IMG/VR virus record: IMGVR_UViG_3300043391_000675 | Span: 26,006 to 90,005 of that record | DNA: 64,000 nt | Reading direction: 5' to 3' (one strand) | Origin: a virus | Lineage: Duplodnaviria; Caudoviricetes | Shown: piece after piece, positions 1-8,591 of the stretch | Position numbering within the stretch: the stretch's first letter is position 1 | Layout: each line of letters begins with the position of its first letter | Made by a program: the position numbers and the translations under genes | The notes under the pieces: model-generated | Seen by the model: the letters and a program-made list of their open reading frames with translations, nothing else | What the model was told of the DNA's origin: nothing | Database searches by the model: none

Positions 1-1888
1 CATTGGTATATGAAAGTAATTCAACTAAATAGCTATTGTCTAGCTTATCTTTAGCTAATGTTCTTAGACCAGATAACAGTACAACTAATTCTACTGGAGT
101 TAAGCCTAGAAGATTAGCTTTTTCTACTAGTAGTACCTCTTCTGGCTCTGTAATGCTCCAATGAACATAGTTACGGAAAGGATCAAACTTTGGTTCAAGA
201 ACTGCAAATGATTCAACATCTGTCTGCTCTTGCGTTGCATCTCCACGCATAAACTTTGCAGTGATATCAGCACCAAATCCAGAATTCTTAGCACCAATTC
301 CGACACCAACGCTTCCAGCAAACACAATTAGATCTGCTAGAGATACGTTGAAGTCTGCCTTAATACTATTTAAAACAGAAACTACTCTGTTAATAGCTTC
401 ATGGTCATTTACTTCCCATGTATTCTGTGGAGCAAGAACAATTCTTGCACCATTAGCTCCACCACGCTTGTCTGTCTTGCGGAATGTTGATGCAGATGCC
501 CAAGCAGTTGCAACTAAATCAGAAACAGAAAGCCCAGATTCAATAATTCTTTCCTTAATGATATCTACTTCCTCTTGTACCAATGTAGTTCTTGTTACAT
601 TTCCAACTGGATCCTGCCAGATTAATACTTCAGAAGGAACTTCCTTACCAAGGTATCTTGAAATAGGACCCATGTCTCTGTGTGTTAATTTAAACCATGC
701 ACGAGCAAAGACATCTGAGAAGTAATCAAAGTCTTCAAGGAATCTTCGTGAAATTTTTTCATACTCTGGATCAAATCTCATTGCAAGGTCTGCTGTTGTC
801 ATTACTGGAGCGTGAAACTTTCCTTCAATGTGTGCATCTGGAACTAAATTAGCAGCAGACTCATCTGAAGGAATCCATTGCGTTGCGCCAGCAGGTGATT
901 TGGTTTGCTTCCAATCATACTTAAACAATAGCTTAAGGTATGAGTTATCCCACTTAGTAGGAGTTGCAGTCCATGCACCTTCAATACCACTTGTTATTGT
1001 GTCTTCTGCATTTCCCTTGCCAAAAGAGCTCTTCCATCCGAGACCAAGCTCTTCAATAGGAGCAGCCTCTGGGTTTGGACCAACATGTGAAGGATCTCCA
1101 GCGCCATGTGCCTTACCAAATGCGTGTCCACCTGCAATAAGTGCAACAGTCTCTTCATCATTCATTGCCATACGAGCAAAGGTTTCACGAATATCTCGTG
1201 CAGAAAGAACTGGATCGGGGTTTCCGTTAGGTCCTTGAGGGTTTACATAAATCAAACCCATCTGTACAGCAGCAAGGGGATTTTCTAATTCACGGTCTCC
1301 GCTATAGCGGTTATCTGCAAGCCATTCTTTTTCTGCACCCCAGTATGTGTCATCTGATTCCCAAACATCTGCACGTCCACCAGCAAAACCAAATGTCTTA
1401 AATCCCATGTTTTCAAGAGATACATTGCCTGCAAGAATCATTAGGTCTGCCCATGAAATCTTCTTGCCATACTTCTGCTTAATAGGCCATAATAGTCTGC
1501 GAGCCTTGTCTAAGTTACCATTATCTGGCCACGAGTTTTGTGGAGCAAATCTGTGCAGACCTTCTCCAGCACCACCACGTCCATCAGTTGTTCTGTATGT
1601 ACCAGCAGAGTGCCACGCCATGCGAATAAAGAAAGGACCATAGTTTCCGTAATCTGCAGGCCACCAATCTTGCGAGGTAGTTAAAAGAGTATTGATATCA
1701 TCTTTTACAGCATCAAGGTCTAAACTATTAAACTCTGTAGCATAGTCAAAATCATCTGACATGGGGTCAGACTTTTCTGAATGATTTCGCAATCCTGATA
1801 GATCTAGTCTGTTAGGCCACCAATCTTTGTTCGTATTGTTTTCTGTAGAATGTGCTCTACCTGTTACTGGACATCTTTCTTCGCTCAT
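1..1888 (-). CDS. katG: Catalase-peroxidase KatG (3' end beyond left edge; absent from ORF track)
   Basis: Manual translation from ATG 1888 (RBS AGGAG) stays open to position 2: [10 protein letters not shown]...DWWPNRLDL...[25 protein letters not shown] (distal R/W/H)...[12 protein letters not shown] (adduct Tyr)...[26 protein letters not shown] (adduct Met, proximal His)...[10 protein letters not shown]...[12 protein letters not shown]. Confidence 0.97.
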   Translation of the reverse strand, partial: MSEERCPVTGRAHSTENNTNKDWWPNRLDLSGLRNHSEKSDPMSDDFDYATEFNSLDLDAVKDDINTLLTTSQDWWPADYGNYGPFFIRMAWHSAGTYRTTDGRGGAGEGLHRFAPQNSWPDNGNLDKARRLLWPIKQKYGKKISWADLMILAGNVSLENMGFKTFGFAGGRADVWESDDTYWGAEKEWLADNRYSGDRELENPLAAVQMGLIYVNPQGPNGNPDPVLSARDIRETFARMAMNDEETVALIAGGHAFGKAHGAGDPSHVGPNPEAAPIEELGLGWKSSFGKGNAEDTITSGIEGAWTATPTKWDNSYLKLLFKYDWKQTKSPAGATQWIPSDESAANLVPDAHIEGKFHAPVMTTADLAMRFDPEYEKISRRFLEDFDYFSDVFARAWFKLTHRDMGPISRYLGKEVPSEVLIWQDPVGNVTRTTLVQEEVDIIKERIIESGLSVSDLVATAWASASTFRKTDKRGGANGARIVLAPQNTWEVNDHEAINRVVSVLNSIKADFNVSLADLIVFAGSVGVGIGAKNSGFGADITAKFMRGDATQEQTDVESFAVLEPKFDPFRNYVHWSITEPEEVLLVEKANLLGLTPVELVVLLSGLRTLAKDKLDNSYLVELLSYTN

Positions 1889-1926
1889 TTTTTCTCCTAT
1901 TTTATAAGTGATGATATTTCATATCG

Positions 1927-1998
1927 CACCCCTGGCTGGATTCGAACCAGCGGCCAACAGATTAGAAGTCTGTTGCTCTTCCTCTGAGCTACAGAGGT
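1927..1998 (-). tRNA. tRNA-Arg(UCU), CCA not encoded
   Basis: Cloverleaf: acceptor ACCTCTG/CAGGGGT, anticodon arm ACAGA-CTTCTAA-TCTGT, T-arm GCTGG-TTCGAAT-CCAGC. Confidence 0.93.
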
Positions 1999-2006
1999 AT
2001 AGCTAA

Positions 2007-2035
2007 AGTATACTATTAAAAATCAAAATCTTCAA
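2007..2035 (-). promoter_or_regulatory. Putative sigma70-type promoter upstream of tRNA-Arg and katG
   Basis: TTGAAG-17 nt-TATACT ending 8 nt before the tRNA 5' end. Confidence 0.4.
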
Positions 2036-2345
2036 TATCTTCTAAAGGAATTATTCCTTTTCTTTTAGCGATATCAAATCCTTCTCTGGTAAAATGATAA
2101 GTAGCTTTTAGCTCCTCATCATACTCTACCTGCATTAAATCATTATTAACTAAATCTATTAATTCAGACTCTATGTAATCTTCATGAGCCTGCCATAAAT
2201 CTGGAGCAAGTAATGGGGTAACATCTTCATTTAGCTCAAAGATAGCTTCTCCATCTTTTGTAAAGCCCGCAACTCTTATTGCACCAATATCTAGATAATG
2301 TTGAATTTTTAACATTATCTCTTCTTCATCATAATCTTCAAACAT
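2016..2345 (-). CDS. Hypothetical acidic protein between the two tRNAs
   Basis: 109-aa ORF with upstream GGGGG/AAGGGG RBS-like sequence. Confidence 0.75.
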   Translation of the reverse strand: MFEDYDEEEIMLKIQHYLDIGAIRVAGFTKDGEAIFELNEDVTPLLAPDLWQAHEDYIESELIDLVNNDLMQVEYDEELKATYHFTREGFDIAKRKGIIPLEDIEDFDF

Positions 2346-2357
2346 ATTACCCCCTTG

Positions 2358-2431
2358 TGCAACAAGTAGGACTTGAACCTACGATTACCGAATTATGAGT
2401 TCGGGGCTTTAACCAACTAAGCTACTGTTGC
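2358..2431 (-). tRNA. tRNA with CAU anticodon (Ile2/lysidine type or elongator Met), CCA not encoded
   Basis: Acceptor GCAACAG/TTGTTGC, anticodon arm CCGAA-CTCATAA-TTCGG, T-arm GTAGG-TTCAAGT-CCTAC; lacks the three G-C anticodon-stem pairs of initiator tRNA. Confidence 0.9.
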
Positions 2432-2439
2432 CTAGTTGA

Positions 2440-2469
2440 ATTATAGTATTTTACTATCAGTTTTGTCAA
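2440..2469 (-). promoter_or_regulatory. Consensus sigma70-type promoter for the CAU tRNA
   Basis: TTGACA (2469-2464)-18 nt-TATAAT (2445-2440), 8 nt upstream of the tRNA. Confidence 0.7.
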
Positions 2470-2689
2470 TAGATTGCTCAACTATCTGCTGAACATACTC
2501 TGAAAAATGCTTTCTAATGCTTCCTGGAGGCCTATGCCCAATGTCAGACCACACTCTTCTATACTCATGAATGTTATCAAATGTAGTTGGGCAGATTAGA
2601 ATACCATTGTATTCTTTTAATCTTGTAGGAAGCGGAACATGCTTGCTGCAGCATTTACACTCCTTAGCTTTTTCTTGATATATACTCAT
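2441..2689 (-). CDS. Hypothetical protein with CxCC and C motifs
   Basis: 82-aa ORF, start overlaps the terminase stop. Confidence 0.7.
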   Translation of the reverse strand: MSIYQEKAKECKCCSKHVPLPTRLKEYNGILICPTTFDNIHEYRRVWSDIGHRPPGSIRKHFSEYVQQIVEQSIDKTDSKIL

Positions 2690-4476
2690 ACTATTTCCAT
2701 TCCACTTAATGCATCAGAAAGATCTCTTGGCATTTGAGAAGGTGCTCTAATTAGATTAGGGGCATCTGCTGCTAAAGATTCTCTATACTGTTTCTTAACA
2801 GATGAATAATCATGAACCTCTATATCTCCAAATGCCGCCCTAGTTAAACTAATTGCATTATAGATAGACCCACAAACTGCGTCAGCTAAGTCCTTAGAAC
2901 CCTTTCTAGGGTGGTCTACCTTATCTCTCATAATTCTTAGCTCTAGCAATTCGTCAACAAGCAACGGTATGTGTGGGCCATTTAACCTTTCTTCCAACAC
3001 AACCATAGCCATGTCGTCATAATGTTTTTTAGATACAGATAAAGTTTCTGTATTAATTCCATACTGCTTTAGCTGCTGCATCATATCATGAGAGTTCCAT
3101 CTGTCAAATGTACATATCTTGATATTAAAACCTCTTGACCTTAAAGACAATATGTAATCTCTAACTTCACCAAAGTCTACAGACTTATCTGAAGTAGGAG
3201 TCCAATACATTACAGCATCTACCTTAACAATTGGCGCTGGCTGTGAGTATGTGTCAGTAACCTTTACGCTAACAAACTTTTCAATATGCGCCATAGAAAC
3301 CGCACAGTGGTCATGCTTTTGAGCTAAGTCTACGTGGATGTAATAATCTGTTTCTTCTTTTGGATTAAACCATTCTTCAAATCTTCCAAACCCATCTACA
3401 GCTAATGATAAATCATTAAATGCCATCTCAATTTTTTCACGTGATTTAAAGAAAGCATCTATTGCTTCTGGCGGCATGCAAGCAAATCTTCCCAGAGCGT
3501 CCGTAACATCTCGGTAGAAAGCAATCTTAAAATCCTCAATACTTCTAGTTGGATTTACTTCCCAGGTTGGCCTGCGAATAGCATAAACTCTAGGAAACTT
3601 GTAGGAAACTATATGGTCTTCATCCCAGAATATTTCAAACTCGTTTCCAACTGTATGATCTGGTAAATCTGGATCTAATTTAAATTTGTGTGACCTAGAA
3701 ATAATTTCTTTTTCAGATATAATCTCATCATATCTTTGTTGAATATAATCATTTTTAAATCTTGGAAAAGAAAGAAGTATTACTTTTCCATAATCTGGGA
3801 AACGAGAGTCTACGGATGCCCTGTACATATCATATATTCCGCTAGCAGTTTTTGCCTGATCATGTCCGCTTGTATTGTCTAAAGCAAAGCCAGAGATTTC
3901 ATCGAGTACCGCAACAAGAACGTTATAACCTTCAAATGCTTCTCTTTCTGAGTGGCCAGAGTATACCGTTACATTCTTATCAAATTTAATTTCAGATGCC
4001 TTCTCAAAGTATCTGCCAGCAAACCATGGTGAGTGTGTTACTCTATTTTTAAATCCTTTAAAGAAAACGTTGTTCGCCTGCTGAGCGTTAATAGCAATGT
4101 TAATAATATCTATTGAATCACCTGGTGGCTTACCGTAATATGACGCTGGGTCTTTTAAGCATAATAGTAAATAAACTATATAAGCCACAGATATAGTAGA
4201 GCAATAATCTTTACCGCTGCCCTTGCCAAGCTGTGCAACAACTTCGTTGCAGGTCTGCCTGTATCTAAGAGATCCTTCTTCTTCACCAAATAGCTTGATT
4301 AAAGTTGACTCTTTATATATCTGAGATGATTTTTCTATAAGCGTGTACTGGTGTTCAGATAAGTCTGGTAGCCCTAAGTATTTTTTGTCTGTCACAAAAG
4401 TTCTAAGGTCTACTGGTCTTTCATCAAACTCTTCGCCATCGAGGATGTCAATGAGATCATTAAAATTAAACTCCAC
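2686..4476 (-). CDS. terL: Terminase large subunit
   Basis: Walker A-like AQLGKGSGKD, Walker B LVAVLDEISG, RNase H-like nuclease HVDLAQKHD and DHPRKGSKDLADAV. Confidence 0.93.
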   Translation of the reverse strand: MEFNFNDLIDILDGEEFDERPVDLRTFVTDKKYLGLPDLSEHQYTLIEKSSQIYKESTLIKLFGEEEGSLRYRQTCNEVVAQLGKGSGKDYCSTISVAYIVYLLLCLKDPASYYGKPPGDSIDIINIAINAQQANNVFFKGFKNRVTHSPWFAGRYFEKASEIKFDKNVTVYSGHSEREAFEGYNVLVAVLDEISGFALDNTSGHDQAKTASGIYDMYRASVDSRFPDYGKVILLSFPRFKNDYIQQRYDEIISEKEIISRSHKFKLDPDLPDHTVGNEFEIFWDEDHIVSYKFPRVYAIRRPTWEVNPTRSIEDFKIAFYRDVTDALGRFACMPPEAIDAFFKSREKIEMAFNDLSLAVDGFGRFEEWFNPKEETDYYIHVDLAQKHDHCAVSMAHIEKFVSVKVTDTYSQPAPIVKVDAVMYWTPTSDKSVDFGEVRDYILSLRSRGFNIKICTFDRWNSHDMMQQLKQYGINTETLSVSKKHYDDMAMVVLEERLNGPHIPLLVDELLELRIMRDKVDHPRKGSKDLADAVCGSIYNAISLTRAAFGDIEVHDYSSVKKQYRESLAADAPNLIRAPSQMPRDLSDALSGMEIV

Positions 4477-5002
4477 TTACTTCCTCAATAATCTCTATAG
4501 GCTCAACAATTCCAGTAATTTGAGACAAACGCTTAGCAACTTCCATCTTACACTTTGGGCAAGACGCAGTTACTTCTTTTAAAATTCTTACTATTACTTC
4601 TTGCTTTCTTTCTGACTCTGCAATCTGCCCCGCAAGTTCTGCGTTATCAAGCAGTCCAACTTCTTGAAGCATGCCAATTCTTTTTCCTTCAATATCAGCA
4701 ATTAGTTTTAGCGCTCCAGATTTAACGCTAAGCTGTCCAGCTTGATCTGCATCCTCAACTGTTTTCCAAGCTTCTTTAATAAGCATTGCGTAGTGTTGAT
4801 CTGCTCCAGAGATAGCCTCCTTAGCACGTTCACGGGCTGATGTGTCGTTGTGGACTACATTTTTCCACTCATCGATCAGGTCAATAACATCTGCCCTCTT
4901 AATGCCTGTTAGGGTAGCAATCTGGGTAGGGTTGTTTCCCCTAAGTAGTTCTTCAACTACTTTATTCATGCGATCAAAGTGATCAGCTAATTCAATTTCC
5001 AT
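4466..5002 (-). CDS. Putative terminase small subunit (N-terminal HTH, helical)
   Basis: NPTQIATLTGIKRADV HTH-like start, helical oligomerisation-like core, overlaps terL start. Confidence 0.55.
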   Translation of the reverse strand: MEIELADHFDRMNKVVEELLRGNNPTQIATLTGIKRADVIDLIDEWKNVVHNDTSARERAKEAISGADQHYAMLIKEAWKTVEDADQAGQLSVKSGALKLIADIEGKRIGMLQEVGLLDNAELAGQIAESERKQEVIVRILKEVTASCPKCKMEVAKRLSQITGIVEPIEIIEEVSGV

Positions 5003-5010
5003 ATGACTTT

Positions 5011-5039
5011 ATTATACTTCTAGTCGACTGAAATAGCAA
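5011..5039 (-). promoter_or_regulatory. Promoter for the terminase operon, near-leaderless
   Basis: TTGCTA-17 nt-TATAAT, ATG only 8 nt after the -10 box. Confidence 0.55.
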
Positions 5040-5361
5040 ATTCTTTAGCAACTTTTAGCAATATTAGATATCCAATTAGATCATCAATATCATTATCTCC
5101 TGGGTATTCTTCACCCTTAATAAGTCTATTTAGTTTATCATCAATTCTAACGTATAGTTGCTCTTTTGGTCCCGCCTTTGAAAATATACGAACTGGATCT
5201 AGAGCTGAGTTTCCATATGATATATTCTTTTTAATTAGCATGTGAGCAATATCAAGGCAGGTTGTTAAAATTTCATGCCCTGCTTCAGTTCCAACTGTAA
5301 GCAAATAAAGGTCATCATATCTAAATTCTTTTGAGTCTTCAAAAATTGGCTTTAGCTTCAT
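5020..5361 (-). CDS. DUF1599 / nucleotide-modification-associated domain 1-like protein
   Basis: LIKKNISYGNS...VRIDDKLNRL...DDLIGYLIL pattern recognised by eye. Confidence 0.65.
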   Translation of the reverse strand: MKLKPIFEDSKEFRYDDLYLLTVGTEAGHEILTTCLDIAHMLIKKNISYGNSALDPVRIFSKAGPKEQLYVRIDDKLNRLIKGEEYPGDNDIDDLIGYLILLKVAKEFAISVD

Positions 5362-5498
5362 TTAATTAAACCTTTTTCTTTTAGTGCTCTATATATGGTC
5401 ATAACGGTTACGCCACATTCGCTAGCAATTTCTTCCATGCTTTTTCTTTGGATAACATATCTTCTATGTAGCCAGTCTTTATTCTTGTACAATTTCAC
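5358..5498 (-). CDS. Small HTH DNA-binding protein (46 aa; not in ORF track)
   Basis: VKLYKNKDWLHRRYVIQRKSMEEIASECGVTVMTIYRALKEKGLIK; GTGA and ATGA overlaps with both neighbours. Confidence 0.8.
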   Translation of the reverse strand: MKLYKNKDWLHRRYVIQRKSMEEIASECGVTVMTIYRALKEKGLIK

Positions 5499-6061
5499 CT
5501 CTTTGTCAACACTTCATTTGCGTAATGGGCGATACCAAAACTATCTGCGACGTCAAAATCAATTACATTTAATCCATACTTCTTGTTAAAATAATCAACA
5601 GTTCTTTGCTTTCTCATGTTACGCAATTTGTTTTTATACCATGAGTCTGCGTATCCTGGGTTTAACAATCTTATTGCTTCCTTCTCATCTTTGGTTGGAT
5701 TCTTGTTTCCTATATGTGCCTGCCAAGAGCTGGGGGATATAGTTATGACAGAGGCACCAGTAGACATAAGCTCGGCAATCACAACACCATAGACATATGA
5801 CAATTTTATCACAGCATCTGGTGATCTGACAAGTATGGCCCCTTCAACTGCTATATAGTCTGATTTAAGCTCATCAAGCATGAGGGCTGTTTTTACTTTA
5901 GCATCGTATATCTTTTCATATATATCATTGCCGAGTATGATTATCTTGCCCCACTTTATTGGCTTGTTGTTTTCCATTAGACAGAATGCAACAGAAGATG
6001 TTGAGGCATCTATGCCCAGCACCCTACTGGCTTTAGTCTTGGCTAATTTGGCCAGAGTCAT
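5495..6061 (-). CDS. ruvC: RuvC-like Holliday junction resolvase
   Basis: VLGIDASTSSVAF, IAVEG, DVADSFGIA catalytic acidic motifs. Confidence 0.8.
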   Translation of the reverse strand: MTLAKLAKTKASRVLGIDASTSSVAFCLMENNKPIKWGKIIILGNDIYEKIYDAKVKTALMLDELKSDYIAVEGAILVRSPDAVIKLSYVYGVVIAELMSTGASVITISPSSWQAHIGNKNPTKDEKEAIRLLNPGYADSWYKNKLRNMRKQRTVDYFNKKYGLNVIDFDVADSFGIAHYANEVLTKR

Positions 6062-6332
6062 TTAGCATCCTTAATACTTTTTCTTTATCTGAAGTTGATA
6101 TGCTTTTATCACACTTAGCACATATAGTTGAGGTATTGTATCTACTTAAACTAGAGTTGCACTTTTTACAGTGTCTTTTTTGTCCAGATCGTATAGCTTT
6201 TTTCTCGTAATACTTTTCCATAATCTTTTTATTAGTTGCAACTCTGCAGCATTCATCGCAGCAATATTTTTGATTATGAGTTTTTGGCTCAAAGTTCTTA
6301 TCGTTGAGGCAATCTGAATTAGCACAAATCAC
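6033..6332 (-). CDS. Cys-rich putative Zn-binding protein
   Basis: CANSDC, YCCDECC, CKKC, CAKC. Confidence 0.7.
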   Translation of the reverse strand: MICANSDCLNDKNFEPKTHNQKYCCDECCRVATNKKIMEKYYEKKAIRSGQKRHCKKCNSSLSRYNTSTICAKCDKSISTSDKEKVLRMLNDSGQISQD

Positions 6333-7120
6333 AGCACTGGCACCTGGAATCTTTCTATCTGAACTGTTCCAGTAGGTGTTTCTTTAGAGTAGCACTCTTT
6401 TTTAATTGGGCAGTAGGTGCAGGGCATCTTTGTTTTTGTGGCACCTGCTGGCTTCATTGGAAGGTCCCCATCTTTAAAGTTATCCCAAACTTCTCTCATC
6501 CAGATAAATGTATCTTCAATAATCTTCTTATTTTTATCGTTCATTACAACTGGAATGATAAGAATCTCTTGAGTATTTTTATTCTCATAAAGGAAGAAGC
6601 CTTCTTTAGCATCCTTAAGCTTCATATATGTTAAAAGCTGAAGCAAATGGTTTGCTGAAGGGCTCATCTCTGCCTGCCTTGCATCCCAAACTTCTTGCTT
6701 TGCAGTTTTGATTTCTCCAATTACAGTCTCATCATCATACTTCATGATAATGTCTATAAATCCACGGATTGGAGGGTACTCGTTAATAATTTCTTCTTCT
6801 TCTGCAACCCATTGAGGCATTGTTTTAATTAGATTCTGTAGCCTTTCATGCGCTTGTGTTCCTTGTGCCATGTTTGCAACTGCAACAGCATCATTGTTAT
6901 CAATAAATACTGCTCCTGAAAACGCCATGTACCAATATCTTGGGCAGGTTCCATGACCATATCCAAGCGAGCTTGGGCTAAATGATTTCTTTGTCATTTC
7001 TCCATCAGCTCTTTTGGTATTCCTGTAGGACTCATCAAGCATTTCTGCAAAGCCTTCGGGGTCAAAGAACTTCCCTGTGTGCTTTTTAAACTTTAAGTTC
7101 TTTACTATATTTCTTCCCAT
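6329..7120 (-). CDS. Stand-alone Cas4-like PD-(D/E)XK exonuclease
   Basis: CPRYWY, GFID, GEIKT, QLLTY, C-terminal CTYCPIKKEC (four Fe-S Cys). Confidence 0.85.
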   Translation of the reverse strand: MGRNIVKNLKFKKHTGKFFDPEGFAEMLDESYRNTKRADGEMTKKSFSPSSLGYGHGTCPRYWYMAFSGAVFIDNNDAVAVANMAQGTQAHERLQNLIKTMPQWVAEEEEIINEYPPIRGFIDIIMKYDDETVIGEIKTAKQEVWDARQAEMSPSANHLLQLLTYMKLKDAKEGFFLYENKNTQEILIIPVVMNDKNKKIIEDTFIWMREVWDNFKDGDLPMKPAGATKTKMPCTYCPIKKECYSKETPTGTVQIERFQVPVL

Positions 7121-7458
7121 TACAAATTATACCTAACGACATACTTAAGTGCATCTACAAGTTTGTCTATGGACTCCTTTGCTGAATAGTAAATATTCTT
7201 CTTATTGTTATTAGCCGTTCCAGCTTTGTCTTTTGCTATTGTTGAATAGTAAGAAGCCATCATGGCAAACTTAGTGGACATGGCCTGAAGCTCAATAATA
7301 AGTTGTGGTGCTTTAGCAGCAGGAACATCTGGGTTCAATAAAAGCTTTACTATAACAGCCAATGCTCTATCCAACTGAGCATCATTCATATACTCATGCA
7401 GATCATTAAACTCAGTTATAGAGTTAATCAATTCTAGAGTGTTTTTATCCTCTGTCAT
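7120..7458 (-). CDS. Hypothetical helical protein (likely start 7458; track starts 7515)
   Basis: MTEDKNTLELINSITEF...; coupled to the Cas4-like gene by TAATG. Confidence 0.75.
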   Translation of the reverse strand: MTEDKNTLELINSITEFNDLHEYMNDAQLDRALAVIVKLLLNPDVPAAKAPQLIIELQAMSTKFAMMASYYSTIAKDKAGTANNNKKNIYYSAKESIDKLVDALKYVVRYNL

Positions 7459-7549
7459 TTTTAATTTTCCTATCCCACTTGTCTGCAAATAAGCCCATGC
7501 CATACCCAAATACAATACCCACCATTAAACCCATTAAAAAAAATGTCAT
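7445..7549 (-). CDS. Small single-TM membrane peptide (34 aa; not in ORF track)
   Basis: MTFFLMGLMVGIVFGYGMGLFADKWDRKIKNDRG; TAATG overlap with upstream gene. Confidence 0.65.
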   Translation of the reverse strand: MTFFLMGLMVGIVFGYGMGLFADKWDRKIKNDRG

Positions 7550-7704
7550 TAAATAATCCTTTGAACTATTCCATACCCTAGCCATAGGCCAAAGATTCCC
7601 ATCAATCCAGAAAATACTGGAGGGGCAGGGATAGGTAATTTAAACAAACTAAATATCCCTCCTACGCCAACACCAACCAGTGTTGTAAGAAATATCTCTT
7701 TCAT
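7549..7704 (-). CDS. XapX/DUF1427-family small membrane protein (51 aa; not in ORF track)
   Basis: MKEIFLTTLVGVGVGGIFSLFKLPIPAPPVFSGLMGIFGLWLGYGIVQRII; LPIPAPP signature between two TM helices; TAATG overlaps. Confidence 0.8.
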   Translation of the reverse strand: MKEIFLTTLVGVGVGGIFSLFKLPIPAPPVFSGLMGIFGLWLGYGIVQRII

Positions 7705-8096
7705 TAAAAGGGAACCTCTGCGTATGTCTTATATGATGGGAAATCGTTATTGCTTGGTGCCTTATCCTTAGATAAAGTGTATGCTGTTACAGAGATTGAG
7801 TCAGCGTTAATCTCGTATGAAGTTCTCTTTGCGCCTTCTTTATCTGTCCAGCTTTCCTCATAAATTTTTCCTACAATAATAACTTCCATGCCTTTTTTAA
7901 TTACAGCTTTTGATTGTTCTGCAAGTGTGCGCCAGGCTTTGATTGTCCACCAAGAAGTGTTCTTATCTTCCCACTCTCCAGTAGTATCATTCTTAACACG
8001 ATCATTTGTTGCAACCCTAAAACGAAGACCATTTGATCCTACAGTTTCTGGTTCACTACCAACTCTGCCTACGATTGTAATCATTGGATTAGCCAT
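7704..8096 (-). CDS. ssb: Bacterial-type single-stranded DNA-binding protein
   Basis: ITIVGRVGSEPE, FRVATNDR, TSWWTIKAWRTLAE, KKGMEVIIVGKI, C-terminal EVPF; likely start 8096. Confidence 0.9.
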   Translation of the reverse strand: MANPMITIVGRVGSEPETVGSNGLRFRVATNDRVKNDTTGEWEDKNTSWWTIKAWRTLAEQSKAVIKKGMEVIIVGKIYEESWTDKEGAKRTSYEINADSISVTAYTLSKDKAPSNNDFPSYKTYAEVPF

Positions 8097-8397
8097 TTTT
8101 ATTTTCCTCCCAAAATGCAATCAGCTCTTCTAGAACTGACCACTCTATGATTCCAAGACGAACCTTGGAATCCTCACCGATAATAATTTTAAGTGCTGGA
8201 TGCATATCCCTGCTTACCTTAAAAGTATCTGTACATATTTTAGCCCATACATCTTTATTTAAATTAAATGATGAATTAGACTCCTTGTAATCCACTACAA
8301 AGCTTTTCCATTTTGCATCACCTTTTTGATAAGCGCCTCTGCCACTATTTTTTTGTGCCTTGGCGCCATCTCTTTTTACTTCTGCTCTTTCAGACAT
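8089..8397 (-). CDS. Hjc/PD-(D/E)XK-type putative Holliday junction resolvase
   Basis: SERAEVKR...KNSGRG...KGDA...VVDYKE pattern, two genes from recA. Confidence 0.6.
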   Translation of the reverse strand: MSERAEVKRDGAKAQKNSGRGAYQKGDAKWKSFVVDYKESNSSFNLNKDVWAKICTDTFKVSRDMHPALKIIIGEDSKVRLGIIEWSVLEELIAFWEENKNG

Positions 8398-8591
8398 CAG
8401 TTTAGCTTGTACTTTGTTTCATGCCCATCTGGGCATTTCCAGTACATTTCTAGACTTACTTCATCAAAATTATAAGAAGGAGAAGACAGATTGCATTTAC
8501 TGCATGGCCTTTCCTGATCTATTACTTTAACGTTGCTATTGTGATTAACTTCAGGTTTAGAAGTAAAAAATTCATTAATTTTTGGCATCAA
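8397..8591 (-). CDS. Small Zn-ribbon protein
   Basis: CSKC...WKCPDGH. Confidence 0.65.
   Translation of the reverse strand: MMPKINEFFTSKPEVNHNSNVKVIDQERPCSKCNLSSPSYNFDEVSLEMYWKCPDGHETKYKLN

Noticed and set aside
127-1643. Short track ORFs in the first 1.7 kb
   Set aside because: They are antisense or out-of-frame shadows of the minus-strand katG.
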